DNA from: Salinibacterium sp.
GTDB taxonomy: Bacteria > Actinomycetota > Actinomycetes > Actinomycetales > Microbacteriaceae
NCBI GenBank assembly: GCA_025351795.1
Contig: JANXVG010000046.1
Span: 23,052 to 87,051 of the forward strand
DNA length: 64,000 nt
Direction of reading: 5' to 3'
This document shows, piece after piece, positions 1-9,180 of this stretch (its first letter is position 1; the number at the start of each line of letters is the position of its first letter). The position numbers and the translations under genes are program-made. A model generated the notes under the pieces. It was not told the DNA's origin, made no database searches, and worked only from the letters and a program-made list of their open reading frames with translations.

Positions 1-589
1 GACGCGAATCCCGAACCGCGGATGCGACCTTGAGCCCGTCAGCCACGGAACGTGCCCCCGTGCGGCCGCCCACGCCGCCGAGCTCAACAATCACGTCGAT
101 CGGCCGCGCAACTGAGGCCCCGGCGACGGCGGACTCCATCGCCCGCACTGCCTCTACGCTGTCTACCCAGCAGCTGAATGAGAACTCGGGGTCGACCAGC
201 TCTGACACCAACCAGCGCACCGCGACCGGGTCGACGAGTTCGTTGGCGAGGATGATGCGCGCGATGCCGACCGACCGCGCGAGTTGCACTTGCCACGCAG
301 TCGCGAGCGTGATGCCCAGCGCTCCCGCGTCAAGCAGTCGCTGCCATAGCTGGGGTGCCATGGTGGTCTTGCCATGTGGCGAGATCCACAACCCGCGTTG
401 CGTGAGCCACGCCGCCATCGTCAATTCGTTGTGAGCGAGCGCGCCGCGGTCGACCGTGAGTAACGGCGTCTGAAACTCGTCGAGCGTGGGTGACGTCGCA
501 AGGAAGTCGGTCAGCGTGAGCCCCCACGAGCGCGGTGGAAGCGACTTGAACTCGGGGCCGAGAATTAGGGGGGAATGGACGTACGCCAT
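1..589 (-). CDS. PLP-dependent alanine-racemase-fold amino-acid deaminase/aldolase (D-serine-deaminase-like); 5' part only, gene continues past the left edge
   Basis: Own translation of the minus strand from ATG at 589: MAYVHSPLILGPEFKSLPPRSWGLTLTDFLATSPTLDEFQTPLLTVDRGALAHNELTMAAWLTQRGLWISPHGKTTMAPQLWQRLLDAGALGITLATAWQ... It stays open to position 1, so it is absent from the ORF track (no stop in window). The TPLLxVDxxALxxN and PHGKTT (PLP-lysine context) motifs look like the Ala_racemase_N/cryptic-DSD family. Confidence 0.55.
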   Translation of the reverse strand, partial: MAYVHSPLILGPEFKSLPPRSWGLTLTDFLATSPTLDEFQTPLLTVDRGALAHNELTMAAWLTQRGLWISPHGKTTMAPQLWQRLLDAGALGITLATAWQVQLARSVGIARIILANELVDPVAVRWLVSELVDPEFSFSCWVDSVEAVRAMESAVAGASVARPIDVIVELGGVGGRTGARSVADGLKVASAVRDSR

Positions 590-707
590 GCGATCCTCCG
601 TCAGCTGGGCTCCCGCCGGTGCGGCGTGCAGTTCAGGCTATCCACACGGCGTGCTCGAGGGAATTTTGTGGGCAACAATCGACCGGTCCGGACGGCAGAT
701 CACCGCG

Positions 708-1781
708 TCAGGTCTCGGTTCGATGCTCGTGCCGGAGGGGCGATGCCGCGTCCCGGGAGGTGACGAGCCGGATGGCCATGTCGTCGAGGTTCGGAAACTC
801 GTGGGCGAGCCGGTGCTCTGCCTCGTGCGCCACGACTTCTGCCGCTGCCAGCGTTGTGTTAGCGACGACGATCGTTGCCGCGCCATGAAGGCGATGTCCG
901 ACCCACCGCAACTGCAGCTTCGGCACAGACAAGACTCCCGGCGTGTGGTCGAGCGCCGATCGAGCCCGGTCAACGAGGTTCGGTTCGATTCCGTCCATCA
1001 GTCGCGTGCCGATGCTACGCACCGTACCCCAGAGCAACACGATGATGGCCGCAGAAATGAGCAAGCCAACGATCGGGTCGGCGAGCGGGAAGCCGAGTAT
1101 GACGCCGAGTGCGCCCACGACAACGGCGAGTGAGGTAAAACCGTCGATGCGGGCATGCACCCCGTCTGCAACGAGCGCAGCGGAGCCAATTTTCTGTCCG
1201 ACTCGAATCCGGTAGACAGCGACGGCTTCATTGCCCGCAAAGCCGATGACGCCGGCTGCGACGACCCACCATAGGTTGTGGAGCGGTTGCGGGTTAAAAA
1301 ATCGGTCGAGTGATTGCCAGGCGGCAACGATGGCCGAGATTGCGACGACGGCGATGATAAACAGCCCAGCGAGATCTTCCGCTCGACCAAAGCCGTAGGT
1401 GTAGCGACGGGTCGCGATTCGGCGGCCAAGCACGAAGGCAATCCACAGCGGAACGGCGGTGAGTGCATCCGAGAAGTTGTGAATCGTGTCGGCAAGGAGT
1501 GCAACTGATCCGCTCACGAGCACGACGACGAATTGCAGCACCGTCGTGCCCAGCAGGATAAACAAGCTGATTCTGAGGGCGCGAATGCCTTCCGTGCTCG
1601 CTTCCAGCGCGTCGTCGATGGAATCGGCCGCGTCGTGGCTGTGTGGCACGAACATCCCGTAGAAGAATCCTCGGACTCCCGTCGGGTGCGCGTGGCCAGC
1701 TGAGCCGTGCTCGTGCTCGTGCTCATGCTCATGCTCGACCGAGTCATCGACCATGTGGGAGTGCTCGTGTGGGGCGCTCAT
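708..1781 (-). CDS. Cation diffusion facilitator (CDF) divalent-metal efflux transporter with His-rich N-terminus
   Basis: 357-aa ORF with six TM-like segments and a C-terminal cytoplasmic domain. N-terminus is HEHSHMVDDSVEHEHEHEHEHGSAGHAH. CDF-like TM2/TM5 motifs are LADTIHNFSD and VADGVHARID. The 4-nt overlap with the upstream ArsR gene suggests an operon. Confidence 0.9.
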   Translation of the reverse strand: MSAPHEHSHMVDDSVEHEHEHEHEHGSAGHAHPTGVRGFFYGMFVPHSHDAADSIDDALEASTEGIRALRISLFILLGTTVLQFVVVLVSGSVALLADTIHNFSDALTAVPLWIAFVLGRRIATRRYTYGFGRAEDLAGLFIIAVVAISAIVAAWQSLDRFFNPQPLHNLWWVVAAGVIGFAGNEAVAVYRIRVGQKIGSAALVADGVHARIDGFTSLAVVVGALGVILGFPLADPIVGLLISAAIIVLLWGTVRSIGTRLMDGIEPNLVDRARSALDHTPGVLSVPKLQLRWVGHRLHGAATIVVANTTLAAAEVVAHEAEHRLAHEFPNLDDMAIRLVTSRDAASPLRHEHRTET

Positions 1782-2227
1782 GCGGTGTCCTCATTCTGCA
1801 GGTGGTGGTGGCGAGGGGTGCCGCCGAGCGAGTGCTCGGCTTGGAAGATAGCGTCGGAGACCAGCTGACTGGCATGTTCGTCCTCAAGCCGATAGAACAC
1901 GCGCTGCCCTTCTTGTCGAGTAGCGACGATTCTGGCCAGGCGCAATTTAGCCAGATGTTGGGATACGGCAGCGGCCGATTTATCCACGATGTCTGCCAGA
2001 TGATTGACCGAGAGTTCGCCATCTCGGAGAGCAAGAATCAGGCGAACGCGAGTGGCATCGGCCAGCATCGAAAACACTTCGACTGCCAGTTCCACGAACT
2101 CACTGTCTGGCTCACGCCCGCATATCTGCTTATCCGCATCCATACGCAGATTATTGCACGACAATCTACCGCGGATCTTCTCAGCGAGACCCAGACCAGG
2201 ACCAAAGACTCTGTGCGACAGCACCAA
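1778..2227 (-). CDS. ArsR/SmtB-family metal-responsive transcriptional repressor
   Basis: Winged-HTH signature LADATRVRLILALRDGELSVNHLADIVDKSAAAVSQHLAKLRLARIV...RVFYRL. Alpha5-type ligand candidates are DEH...H plus an HHH tail. An internal ATG at 2143 (MDADKQ..., 121 aa) is an equally plausible start. Confidence 0.9.
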   Translation of the reverse strand: MVLSHRVFGPGLGLAEKIRGRLSCNNLRMDADKQICGREPDSEFVELAVEVFSMLADATRVRLILALRDGELSVNHLADIVDKSAAAVSQHLAKLRLARIVATRQEGQRVFYRLEDEHASQLVSDAIFQAEHSLGGTPRHHHLQNEDTA

Positions 2228-2286
2228 CGTGTCATAAGTTGCACATGAACCTCACGTTCGGGGTTCCGTGAGCGAAGAGAGAAACG

Positions 2287-2553
2287 ATGATGTGGGGAAA
2301 CGGTTACACAATGATGGGCTGGGGCTGGCTCGCGGGCGCGGTTGTCGTCATCCTTATCGTCGTCGCGGTCATTGTGGTCGTACGGATGTTGCCAGGACGC
2401 ACAAATCCATCTGTACCGCGAGAGCAAAACGGCTCGCTACCGGCCATCACCTTGGCCAAGACCCCCCGACAGATCTTGGATGAACGGTACGCCCACGGCG
2501 ATCTCACTACCGAGGAATATCGCGAACGCATTGAGAATCTCGGCTCAGCGTGA
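2287..2553 (+). CDS. SHOCT-domain small membrane protein
   Basis: 88 aa with one N-terminal TM (GWGWLAGAVVVILIVVAVIVVV). The C-terminal ILDERYAHGDLTTEEYRERIENL matches the SHOCT (short C-terminal) motif. Confidence 0.7.
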   Translation: MMWGNGYTMMGWGWLAGAVVVILIVVAVIVVVRMLPGRTNPSVPREQNGSLPAITLAKTPRQILDERYAHGDLTTEEYRERIENLGSA

Positions 2554-2597
2554 TCACGAAGGAATTGTCCCGGCCATGATCGCTTCAGCCGTTGAGG

Positions 2598-2616
2598 TAT
2601 ACCCCTAAGGGGCGTA
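2598..2616. promoter_or_regulatory. CsoR-type C4/G4 palindrome (imperfect), orphan copy
   Basis: tATACCCCtaaGGGGcGTa. It has the same ATACCCC-N3-GGGG core as the two boxes at 2985 and 8816, but the right arm is degenerate. It lies in a 467-bp gap with no annotated gene directly downstream. Confidence 0.4.
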
Positions 2617-2984
2617 GTGCCCGACGTCATGATGCGCGCGAAAACTGGTCCGGCTTCTCGAGCCCCTGCCGGACCGGCGCTGCCGTCAGCGTGCCTCACT
2701 TTCGCCCTCAACCTGCCCGTCATAGCTGGCAGCTGATCCACAACGACACCCGTGGCCCCCTTCGAAGCTTTCGGGTACTTGCCCACATGTTTCTTCGCGC
2801 TCAACCCACCGCGCGCCCATCGAGAATCTTTTGCCGATCCGCCACGAACACCACAGTGCTCAGCCGACAGTCGACATTTCGCGAGCAGGCATGAAATGAG
2901 GTCCGCACCTCACTACGCAAGCACGTTAGCTGAGTCTCGTCGAGCCATTGACAACCGGACCGGATCGGCTAGCCTAGGAACGTC

Positions 2985-3003
2985 TATACCCCCAAGGGGT
3001 ATA
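2985..3003 (+). promoter_or_regulatory. CsoR-type operator upstream of the atypical P1B-ATPase
   Basis: Perfect palindrome TATACCCC-caa-GGGGTATA. It ends 17 nt before the ATG at 3021, and GGAG sits in the spacer. It matches the GC-rich ATACCCC..GGGGTAT operators described for actinobacterial CsoR. Confidence 0.65.
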
Positions 3004-3020
3004 TCGAGATCGGAGCTCTC

Positions 3021-5456
3021 ATGACCCGCCCCACGAATACGGTAATCCTTGAGGTCTCAGGACTCCATTGGGCATCATCCAAAGCCGTAGCCGACGCCAC
3101 ACTGTTGCGTAGGCCAGGAGTGATCAGTGTGGACGCGAATCCCGTTTCTCAGACGGCGAATGTGACCTATGACCCCACGCAGACCTCCCTGGCTGAGTTG
3201 AGTCGTTGGATAACCGAGTGCGGCTACCACTGCGCTGGCCAGTCCGTCCCCGACCATATCTGCGATCCCCGAGACGATGGTGTCAGCCAACCCAAGACCG
3301 CTAGGCGCCTCCCCGTCTCCAGCTCAGTCGACGGCATACAGGACCACGACATGTCCCACGGGCACGAGCACGAGCACGATGCGCCGAAGCGAACCAGCCA
3401 GGAGCTCATGGGGCACGGCGGAGGTCACGCGGGAATGTCGATGGCGTCAATGGTGCGTGACATGCGCAACCGGTTCATCGTCGCAGCCGTGTTGTCAGTC
3501 ATGATCACACTCTGGTCACCGATCGGGCGTCAGGTATTCGGCTTTGCGGTGCCCGCCCCGTTCGGCATCCGCGATGATGTCTTTGCCCTGGCGCTGTCCC
3601 TTCCGGTGATCTTCTATTCGGCATGGATCTTCTTCGACGGAGCCGTGCGCGCGTTGCGTGCCCGCACTCTCGACATGATGGTGCTCGTCTCGGTCGGGGT
3701 GGCAGCCGGTTGGCTGTATAGCCTCGTCGTGACGGTGACCGGCGGCGGCGAAGTGTTCTACGAAGCAGCTGCCGTTCTCACTTCCTTCGTGTTGCTCGGC
3801 CATTGGGTCGAGATGCGTGCCCGAAGCGGAGCCAACGACGCCATCCGGACTCTCCTCGAGCTCGCCCCACCCAGGGCGCTGGTCATTCGCGATGGGGATC
3901 CGGTCGAGGTGCCCACCGCTGAGGTGATAGTCGGGGATCTCCTTCTTGTACGACCTGGGGCGAAGATTCCGACCGACGGCACAGTGGAAGAAGGCAACTC
4001 CGACATCGACGAATCCATGGTCACTGGGGAGAGCCTTCCCGTGACCAAGTCGGTCGGCTCCGAGGTCATCGGCGCAACGGTTAACACCACCGGGACGCTA
4101 CGAGTCCGGGCCACCAAGGTCGGAGCCGACACCGCCCTCGCCCAGATCGTGGCCATGGTTCAGGAGGCGCAGAACTCGAAAGCACCGGGGCAGCGTCTCG
4201 CCGACCGGGCGGCGTTCTGGCTCGTTCTTGTCGCCCTCATTGGGGGCAGCACGACGTTGGTGGTGTGGTTGCTGGTCGGCGCGACCCTTCAGACGGCGCT
4301 GCTGTTCGCGATCACCGTGGTCGTCATCACGTGCCCAGACGCACTCGGCTTGGCGACTCCGACGGCGATCATGGTGGGTACTGGGCTTGGTGCCAAACGA
4401 GGGGTCTTGTTCAAGAACGCGACCGCGTTGGAGACCGCAGCCCACATCGACACAGTCATCATGGACAAGACCGGCACCCTGACCAAGGGCAAACCAGAGG
4501 TTACCGACGTCATCGTGGCGGGTGTCCCACGGCAAGAACTCCTCGCTCTGGTCGCTGCCGTCGAACGAGAATCCGAACACCCCCTGGCTGGCGCGATCGT
4601 CAACTATGCCGATGCTCAGGGAGCCCAGAAGCTGTCAGCGACCGGGTTCAAGAACGTGCCCGGTCACGGTGCCGGCGCCATCGTTGGCGGTCGGCATGTC
4701 CTGGTGGGAAACCAGAAGCTCATGGTCGCTGAGAACGTCGACATCGGCCCGATCGTCGCTCAGCGTGACGAGCTGGCTTCAACCGGACGCACCGCCGTAC
4801 TGGTTGCCGTCGATGGTCAGGCAGCCGGAGTCATTGCCTTAGCGGACGCCCCGCGCGACACCGCCGCAGCGGCCATCGCCGCCTTGCATGACGCGGGAAT
4901 CGAGGTCGCCATGCTGACGGGCGACAACGAGGCAACCGCCCAACGCATCGCCGCAATGTTGAACATCGACACCGTCATCGCCGAGGTCCTGCCACAGGAT
5001 AAATCCGCCAAAGTGGCGGAGCTGCAAGCCGCTGGCAAGAAGGTAGCGATGGTGGGCGATGGCGTGAATGACGCACCGGCCTTGGCGCGGGCCGACCTGG
5101 GGATCGCGATCGGAGCAGGGACCGATGTCGCGATAGAAACGGCCGACGTGGTCCTGATGCGCTCCGACCCTCTCGATGTCGCCATCGCGCTCCGGATCGG
5201 CAAAGGAACGGTGCGCAAAATGCGCCAAAATCTGGGCTGGGCGATCGGCTACAACACCATCGCATTGCCGATCGCGGCCGGCGTGTTCGTTGCGAGCGTT
5301 GGCCTCAGGCTCAGCCCGGAGATCGCAGCCATATCGATGTCCGGCTCCAGCGTAATCGTTGCCATCAATGCGTTGCTACTCAAGCGGTTGCGCCTGCCGG
5401 CGGCCGCCGCACCCCGTAATCCCATCAGCATTCCACCGAAGGAGCCCAACTCATGA
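3021..5456 (+). CDS. Heavy-metal-translocating P1B-type ATPase, atypical (CPD TM motif, degenerate HMA domain, His-rich linker)
   Basis: 811 aa with DKTGTLT, TGES, MLTGDN and [10 protein letters not shown] motifs. The TM4 motif reads [12 protein letters not shown] (tgc cca gac at about 4332-4340). The N-terminal ferredoxin-like domain has GLHWASS where GMTCxxC is expected. A His-rich stretch reads [12 protein letters not shown]. The TM6 [15 protein letters not shown] is CopB-like. Confidence 0.9.
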   Translation: MTRPTNTVILEVSGLHWASSKAVADATLLRRPGVISVDANPVSQTANVTYDPTQTSLAELSRWITECGYHCAGQSVPDHICDPRDDGVSQPKTARRLPVSSSVDGIQDHDMSHGHEHEHDAPKRTSQELMGHGGGHAGMSMASMVRDMRNRFIVAAVLSVMITLWSPIGRQVFGFAVPAPFGIRDDVFALALSLPVIFYSAWIFFDGAVRALRARTLDMMVLVSVGVAAGWLYSLVVTVTGGGEVFYEAAAVLTSFVLLGHWVEMRARSGANDAIRTLLELAPPRALVIRDGDPVEVPTAEVIVGDLLLVRPGAKIPTDGTVEEGNSDIDESMVTGESLPVTKSVGSEVIGATVNTTGTLRVRATKVGADTALAQIVAMVQEAQNSKAPGQRLADRAAFWLVLVALIGGSTTLVVWLLVGATLQTALLFAITVVVITCPDALGLATPTAIMVGTGLGAKRGVLFKNATALETAAHIDTVIMDKTGTLTKGKPEVTDVIVAGVPRQELLALVAAVERESEHPLAGAIVNYADAQGAQKLSATGFKNVPGHGAGAIVGGRHVLVGNQKLMVAENVDIGPIVAQRDELASTGRTAVLVAVDGQAAGVIALADAPRDTAAAAIAALHDAGIEVAMLTGDNEATAQRIAAMLNIDTVIAEVLPQDKSAKVAELQAAGKKVAMVGDGVNDAPALARADLGIAIGAGTDVAIETADVVLMRSDPLDVAIALRIGKGTVRKMRQNLGWAIGYNTIALPIAAGVFVASVGLRLSPEIAAISMSGSSVIVAINALLLKRLRLPAAAAPRNPISIPPKEPNS

Positions 5457-5492
5457 CCCACGTCATCGGATCCCGTCACGCCACCGACTGAC

Positions 5493-8400
5493 ATGCTCGG
5501 CCATCACGACTTCGACGCGGTCTATGACGCGGTCCTTTTCGACATGGATGGTGTCGTCACCAATACTGCGTCGATTCACGCCGCTGCCTGGAAACAGCTG
5601 TTCGATTCAGTGCTTCGCGATCCACGCGTTCAGGTCGCAGATCCCGAAAAACTCTTCGATATGACGGATGACTATGAGCGTTACGTCGACGGGCGCAGCC
5701 GCGAAGACGGGGTATCTGCTTACTTGAGCGCCCGGCAAATCGCGCTACCCCCTGGGACGCCCGAGGATCGGCCAGCTGCGTGGACGATCGCCGGACTCGC
5801 GGCTCGCAAGAACGAACTATTCCTCGCAGAGCTACACAAACGCGGACTACGGTCGTATCCCGGCACCATCGCACTGCTCACGCGATTGCGGTCTGCTGGC
5901 GTTCCGATCGGCTTAGTCACGGCCAGCCGAAACGCACGGCAAATGCTCGCCGCAGCTGGCCTCGCTGACATGTTCGACACCATCGTTGACGGGCAGGTCG
6001 CCCTCGATCAACGACTGCCGGGCAAACCCGACCCGGCAATGTTCGTGGAAGCGGCGCGACGGCTCGGCGTCGCAGTGGAGCGCACTGCCGTCGTCGAAGA
6101 TGCCGTCTCCGGAGTCTCTGCCGCCCACATCGGTGGTTTCGGTCTCGTCGTCGGAATCGCCCGCCTCGGCCATCGTGAGGCGCTGGAGGAGGCCGGTGCT
6201 GACGTGGTGGTGCACGATGTGGGCGAACTAGATCTGGGTGCGTCGAGGACCAACCCGTGGGTGCTCGTCTATCAGGGCTTCGACCCGGACCACGAGGGCC
6301 ACCGGGAAGCCTTGATGGCCTTGGGCAACGGGTATATGGTCACTCGCGGCGCCCGGCCCGAACACAGCGACGACGGAATCCACTACCCGGGCACCTACCT
6401 AGCGGGGCTGTACAACCGTCTTGTAAGCAGTATCCACGGAATCCGCCTAGAGGAGGAGCATCTCGTCAATGTCCCCAACTGGCTTCCCGTGGACTTGCGG
6501 ATCGGCGACGGACCATGGTGGTCCACCGGCACACTGGAGACGCGAGACGAACGGCACGAACTGCACCTGCGTCTCGGAACCTCGGTGCGGACTGCGACTC
6601 TGGTCGGCCCCGACGGGCAGCTCATTGACATCGAGCAGAAGTCCCTGGTCTCGATGGACGATCCCCATCTGGCAGTGCTGCAGACAACCGTCACGGCCCG
6701 CGGCCGGAGTGTACCGATGACTTTGCGAGCCGGTATCGACGCGGGCGTTCGCAACACAAACGTCGCCCACTACATCGGATCCGATACCACCCACCTGTCG
6801 TCGCCGAGATTCCACGACGCCGACGGAATCATCCTCTGCGAGGTGGAGACGAGACAAAGTCGCGTGCGCATCGCCACGGCCGTCCGGCTTGAGCTTGCCG
6901 GGGCGGATGAGAGGTGGCAGCGAAACGGAGCGATGGGCGGACACCGGTATATCAAGGAAGTGGAAGTGCAGTTGGTCGATGGCCAACCGGTCACTCTCAC
7001 GAAGACAGCCGCAACGTTCACCTCGCGAGACCCCGCAATCTCGTCGCCCGCACATGCGGCGCGCGAGCGGGTGCGCCACAACTCCGGCGATGTTCCCGGG
7101 GTACTGGAACGTCATCATGCTGCATGGCGGCGGCTCTGGGATCGATTCTCGGTCACCCTCGACGCCGATCCACACAGCCAACTCGTCCTTAACCTACACG
7201 TGTTCCACTTGCTGCAAACCATCTCACAGCACACCGCCGAACGAGATGCCGGGGTTCCGGCGCGCGGTCTGCACGGCGAGGGATACCGAGGGCACGTATT
7301 CTGGGACGAGGTATTCGTGCTCCCCGTGCTCGGTCTGCGGGAGCCGCAGATCGCCCGCTCACTGCTCGACTATCGGTGGAACAGGTTGGGGTCGGCTCGT
7401 GCCGCGGCGCGAGCGGCAGGGCTAGACGGTGCACTCTTCCCGTGGCAGAGCGGCAGCGACGGTCGCGAAGAGACACCGAAGCAGTTGTACAACCCGAAGT
7501 CTTCGCGATGGATGCCGGACAACTCCCATCGCCAAAGGCACGTGGGGCTGGCCGTCGCCTACAACGCCTGGCAGCACTTCCAAACCAGCGATGATCTCGC
7601 ATGGCTGGCCGAAAAAGGCGCCGAACTCATCATCGAGGTGACTCGGGCATTCGCCTCGCTGGCCAGCTACGACCCCGCCGAGGACCGGTTCCACATCGCG
7701 GCAGTCATGGGCCCGGACGAGTACCACGACGGATACCCCGACAGCCCCGGGGGAGGAGTGCGAGACAACGCTTACACCAATGTATTGGCCGCCTGGGTGT
7801 GCGCCCGGGCGTGTGACGCGCTGCACGCACTGACCGGCCATGCGGGCGACGACCTCATCGACCGTCTGTGCATCGACGAGCATGAAGTTGCGCGCTGGAC
7901 GCAACTCAGCCGGCGCTTGGCGGTGACCATCCATTCAGATGGGGTCCTCAGTCAATTTGACGGCTACGACGACCTGGCGGAACTTGACTGGGGTGCCTAC
8001 CGTGACAGATACGGCAACATCGGTCGGCTCGACCTCATCCTCGAATCTGAGAACGACACCACTAATCGCTACAAAGCGGCCAAACAGCCCGACGTCGTCA
8101 TGCTGGTCTACCTGCTCGGCCAGGACGGCATCAGGAACCAACTGGCGCAGCTCGGATACCCGTTCTCTGACGATGACCTACTCCGCACCGTTGCCTACTA
8201 CCTCGACCGCACCTCCGACGGATCCACTCTCAGCCAGGTCGTGAACGCGTCCGTTCTGGCCAAAATCGATGAGTCCCGATCGTGGTCGCTGTTCCGCGAA
8301 GCGCTCATGGCCGACCTCGACGACACCCAAGGAGGCACGACCCGTGAAGGGATCCACCTTGGCGCCATGGCCGGCACCGTCGATCTCGTCGCCAGATCAT

Positions 8401-8672
8401 TTGCTGGCCTGCAACTGGGCGTGAAAGAACTCAGCTTCACTCCGCGACTGCCTCAGCATCTGACGAGCATCCGATTTCACATCATGTATCGCGGCCACCG
8501 CATCGACGTGGCCGTGAGCCGCGAGAAACTGCGGCTTCAGCTGCACCCCAGCTTGGCGTCGCCCATCACGGTCAGAACCGGAGCGACCACGGTGCTGCTC
8601 GGCGGCGGAGAATCCCATGAATTCCCCAACCACCACGACGACGCTTCGAAGAATCCAGACGATTCGAGGTGA
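5493..8672 (+). CDS. Fusion protein: HAD-superfamily beta-phosphoglucomutase-like domain + GH65 glycoside phosphorylase (trehalose/maltose/kojibiose phosphorylase family)
   Basis: 1059 aa. The N-terminus has LFDMDGVVTNT (DxD), the GKPDP motif and EDAVSGV (HAD-IA/beta-PGM). The rest has GH65 hallmarks (LGNGYMxxRG, GYRGHVFWDE with the catalytic Glu context, FPWQSG). It starts 36 nt after the ATPase stop with no hairpin between them. Confidence 0.85.
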   Translation: MLGHHDFDAVYDAVLFDMDGVVTNTASIHAAAWKQLFDSVLRDPRVQVADPEKLFDMTDDYERYVDGRSREDGVSAYLSARQIALPPGTPEDRPAAWTIAGLAARKNELFLAELHKRGLRSYPGTIALLTRLRSAGVPIGLVTASRNARQMLAAAGLADMFDTIVDGQVALDQRLPGKPDPAMFVEAARRLGVAVERTAVVEDAVSGVSAAHIGGFGLVVGIARLGHREALEEAGADVVVHDVGELDLGASRTNPWVLVYQGFDPDHEGHREALMALGNGYMVTRGARPEHSDDGIHYPGTYLAGLYNRLVSSIHGIRLEEEHLVNVPNWLPVDLRIGDGPWWSTGTLETRDERHELHLRLGTSVRTATLVGPDGQLIDIEQKSLVSMDDPHLAVLQTTVTARGRSVPMTLRAGIDAGVRNTNVAHYIGSDTTHLSSPRFHDADGIILCEVETRQSRVRIATAVRLELAGADERWQRNGAMGGHRYIKEVEVQLVDGQPVTLTKTAATFTSRDPAISSPAHAARERVRHNSGDVPGVLERHHAAWRRLWDRFSVTLDADPHSQLVLNLHVFHLLQTISQHTAERDAGVPARGLHGEGYRGHVFWDEVFVLPVLGLREPQIARSLLDYRWNRLGSARAAARAAGLDGALFPWQSGSDGREETPKQLYNPKSSRWMPDNSHRQRHVGLAVAYNAWQHFQTSDDLAWLAEKGAELIIEVTRAFASLASYDPAEDRFHIAAVMGPDEYHDGYPDSPGGGVRDNAYTNVLAAWVCARACDALHALTGHAGDDLIDRLCIDEHEVARWTQLSRRLAVTIHSDGVLSQFDGYDDLAELDWGAYRDRYGNIGRLDLILESENDTTNRYKAAKQPDVVMLVYLLGQDGIRNQLAQLGYPFSDDDLLRTVAYYLDRTSDGSTLSQVVNASVLAKIDESRSWSLFREALMADLDDTQGGTTREGIHLGAMAGTVDLVARSFAGLQLGVKELSFTPRLPQHLTSIRFHIMYRGHRIDVAVSREKLRLQLHPSLASPITVRTGATTVLLGGGESHEFPNHHDDASKNPDDSR

Positions 8673-8716
8673 GAAATTCGAGGTGAGGGATTCGAGATGA
8701 GGGATTCGAGGGAAAG
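8661..8716. repeat. 14-bp tandem repeat x4 starting on the GH65 stop codon
   Basis: gattcgaggtgaga / aattcgaggtgagg / gattcgagatgagg / gattcgagggaaag. The first unit encodes ...D S R stop (TGA 8670-8672). Confidence 0.95.
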
Positions 8717-8815
8717 TCGTCTGGCCACCGGTGGAGCGCTCACGCCGGAGCGGTTTTCGCAGGTTCGCTCAACCTCCTGCGAGTTTGACTTTCCTTCTTC
8801 CCTCACCTAGATTAG

Positions 8816-8832
8816 ATACCCCATAGGGGTAT
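8816..8832 (+). promoter_or_regulatory. CsoR-type operator upstream of csoR-copZ-copA
   Basis: Perfect palindrome ATACCCC-ata-GGGGTAT. It ends 17 nt before the csoR ATG (8850), the same spacing as the box at 2985-3003. Confidence 0.7.
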
Positions 8833-8849
8833 AAGCGAGAGGCCACGGA

Positions 8850-9131
8850 ATGGTCGGATACACCCACAATAAGGACAACCTGCTCAAGAGGCTTCGGCGC
8901 GCAGAAGGTCAGGTGCGCGGCATCCACCGCATGGTAGAAGAAGACACCTATTGCATCGACATCTTGACCCAAGTGTCTGCAGCGACCAAAGCTCTCGAGA
9001 ACGTCGCCCTCGCTTTGCTCGACGACCACTTGGCCCATTGCGTCGCCGAGGCTGCTCGCGAGGGCGGCACCGTCGCAGACGACAAGATTCAGGAAGCATC
9101 CGCCGCCATTGCGCGGCTCGTTCGCTCCTAA
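8850..9131 (+). CDS. csoR: Copper-sensing transcriptional repressor CsoR (DUF156/RcnR-CsoR family)
   Basis: 93 aa with L+RL+R.EGQVRGI.RM and C-H-C ligand positions (YCIDIL ... HLAHC). It lies directly upstream of copZ-copA. Confidence 0.9.
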   Translation: MVGYTHNKDNLLKRLRRAEGQVRGIHRMVEEDTYCIDILTQVSAATKALENVALALLDDHLAHCVAEAAREGGTVADDKIQEASAAIARLVRS

Positions 9132-9180
9132 TGCCACAACCGCGCAATTGCAAAAATAGATATATGAGGAGACGACCACT

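Noticed and set aside
2246-2259. TGAAC-N5-GTTC as an ArsR/SmtB operator in the arsR/SHOCT divergent region
   Set aside because: The arms are short (4-5 bp) and imperfect, and several equally weak candidates exist nearby (for example ATTG-N5-CAAT at 2152-2164). It cannot be supported by eye.
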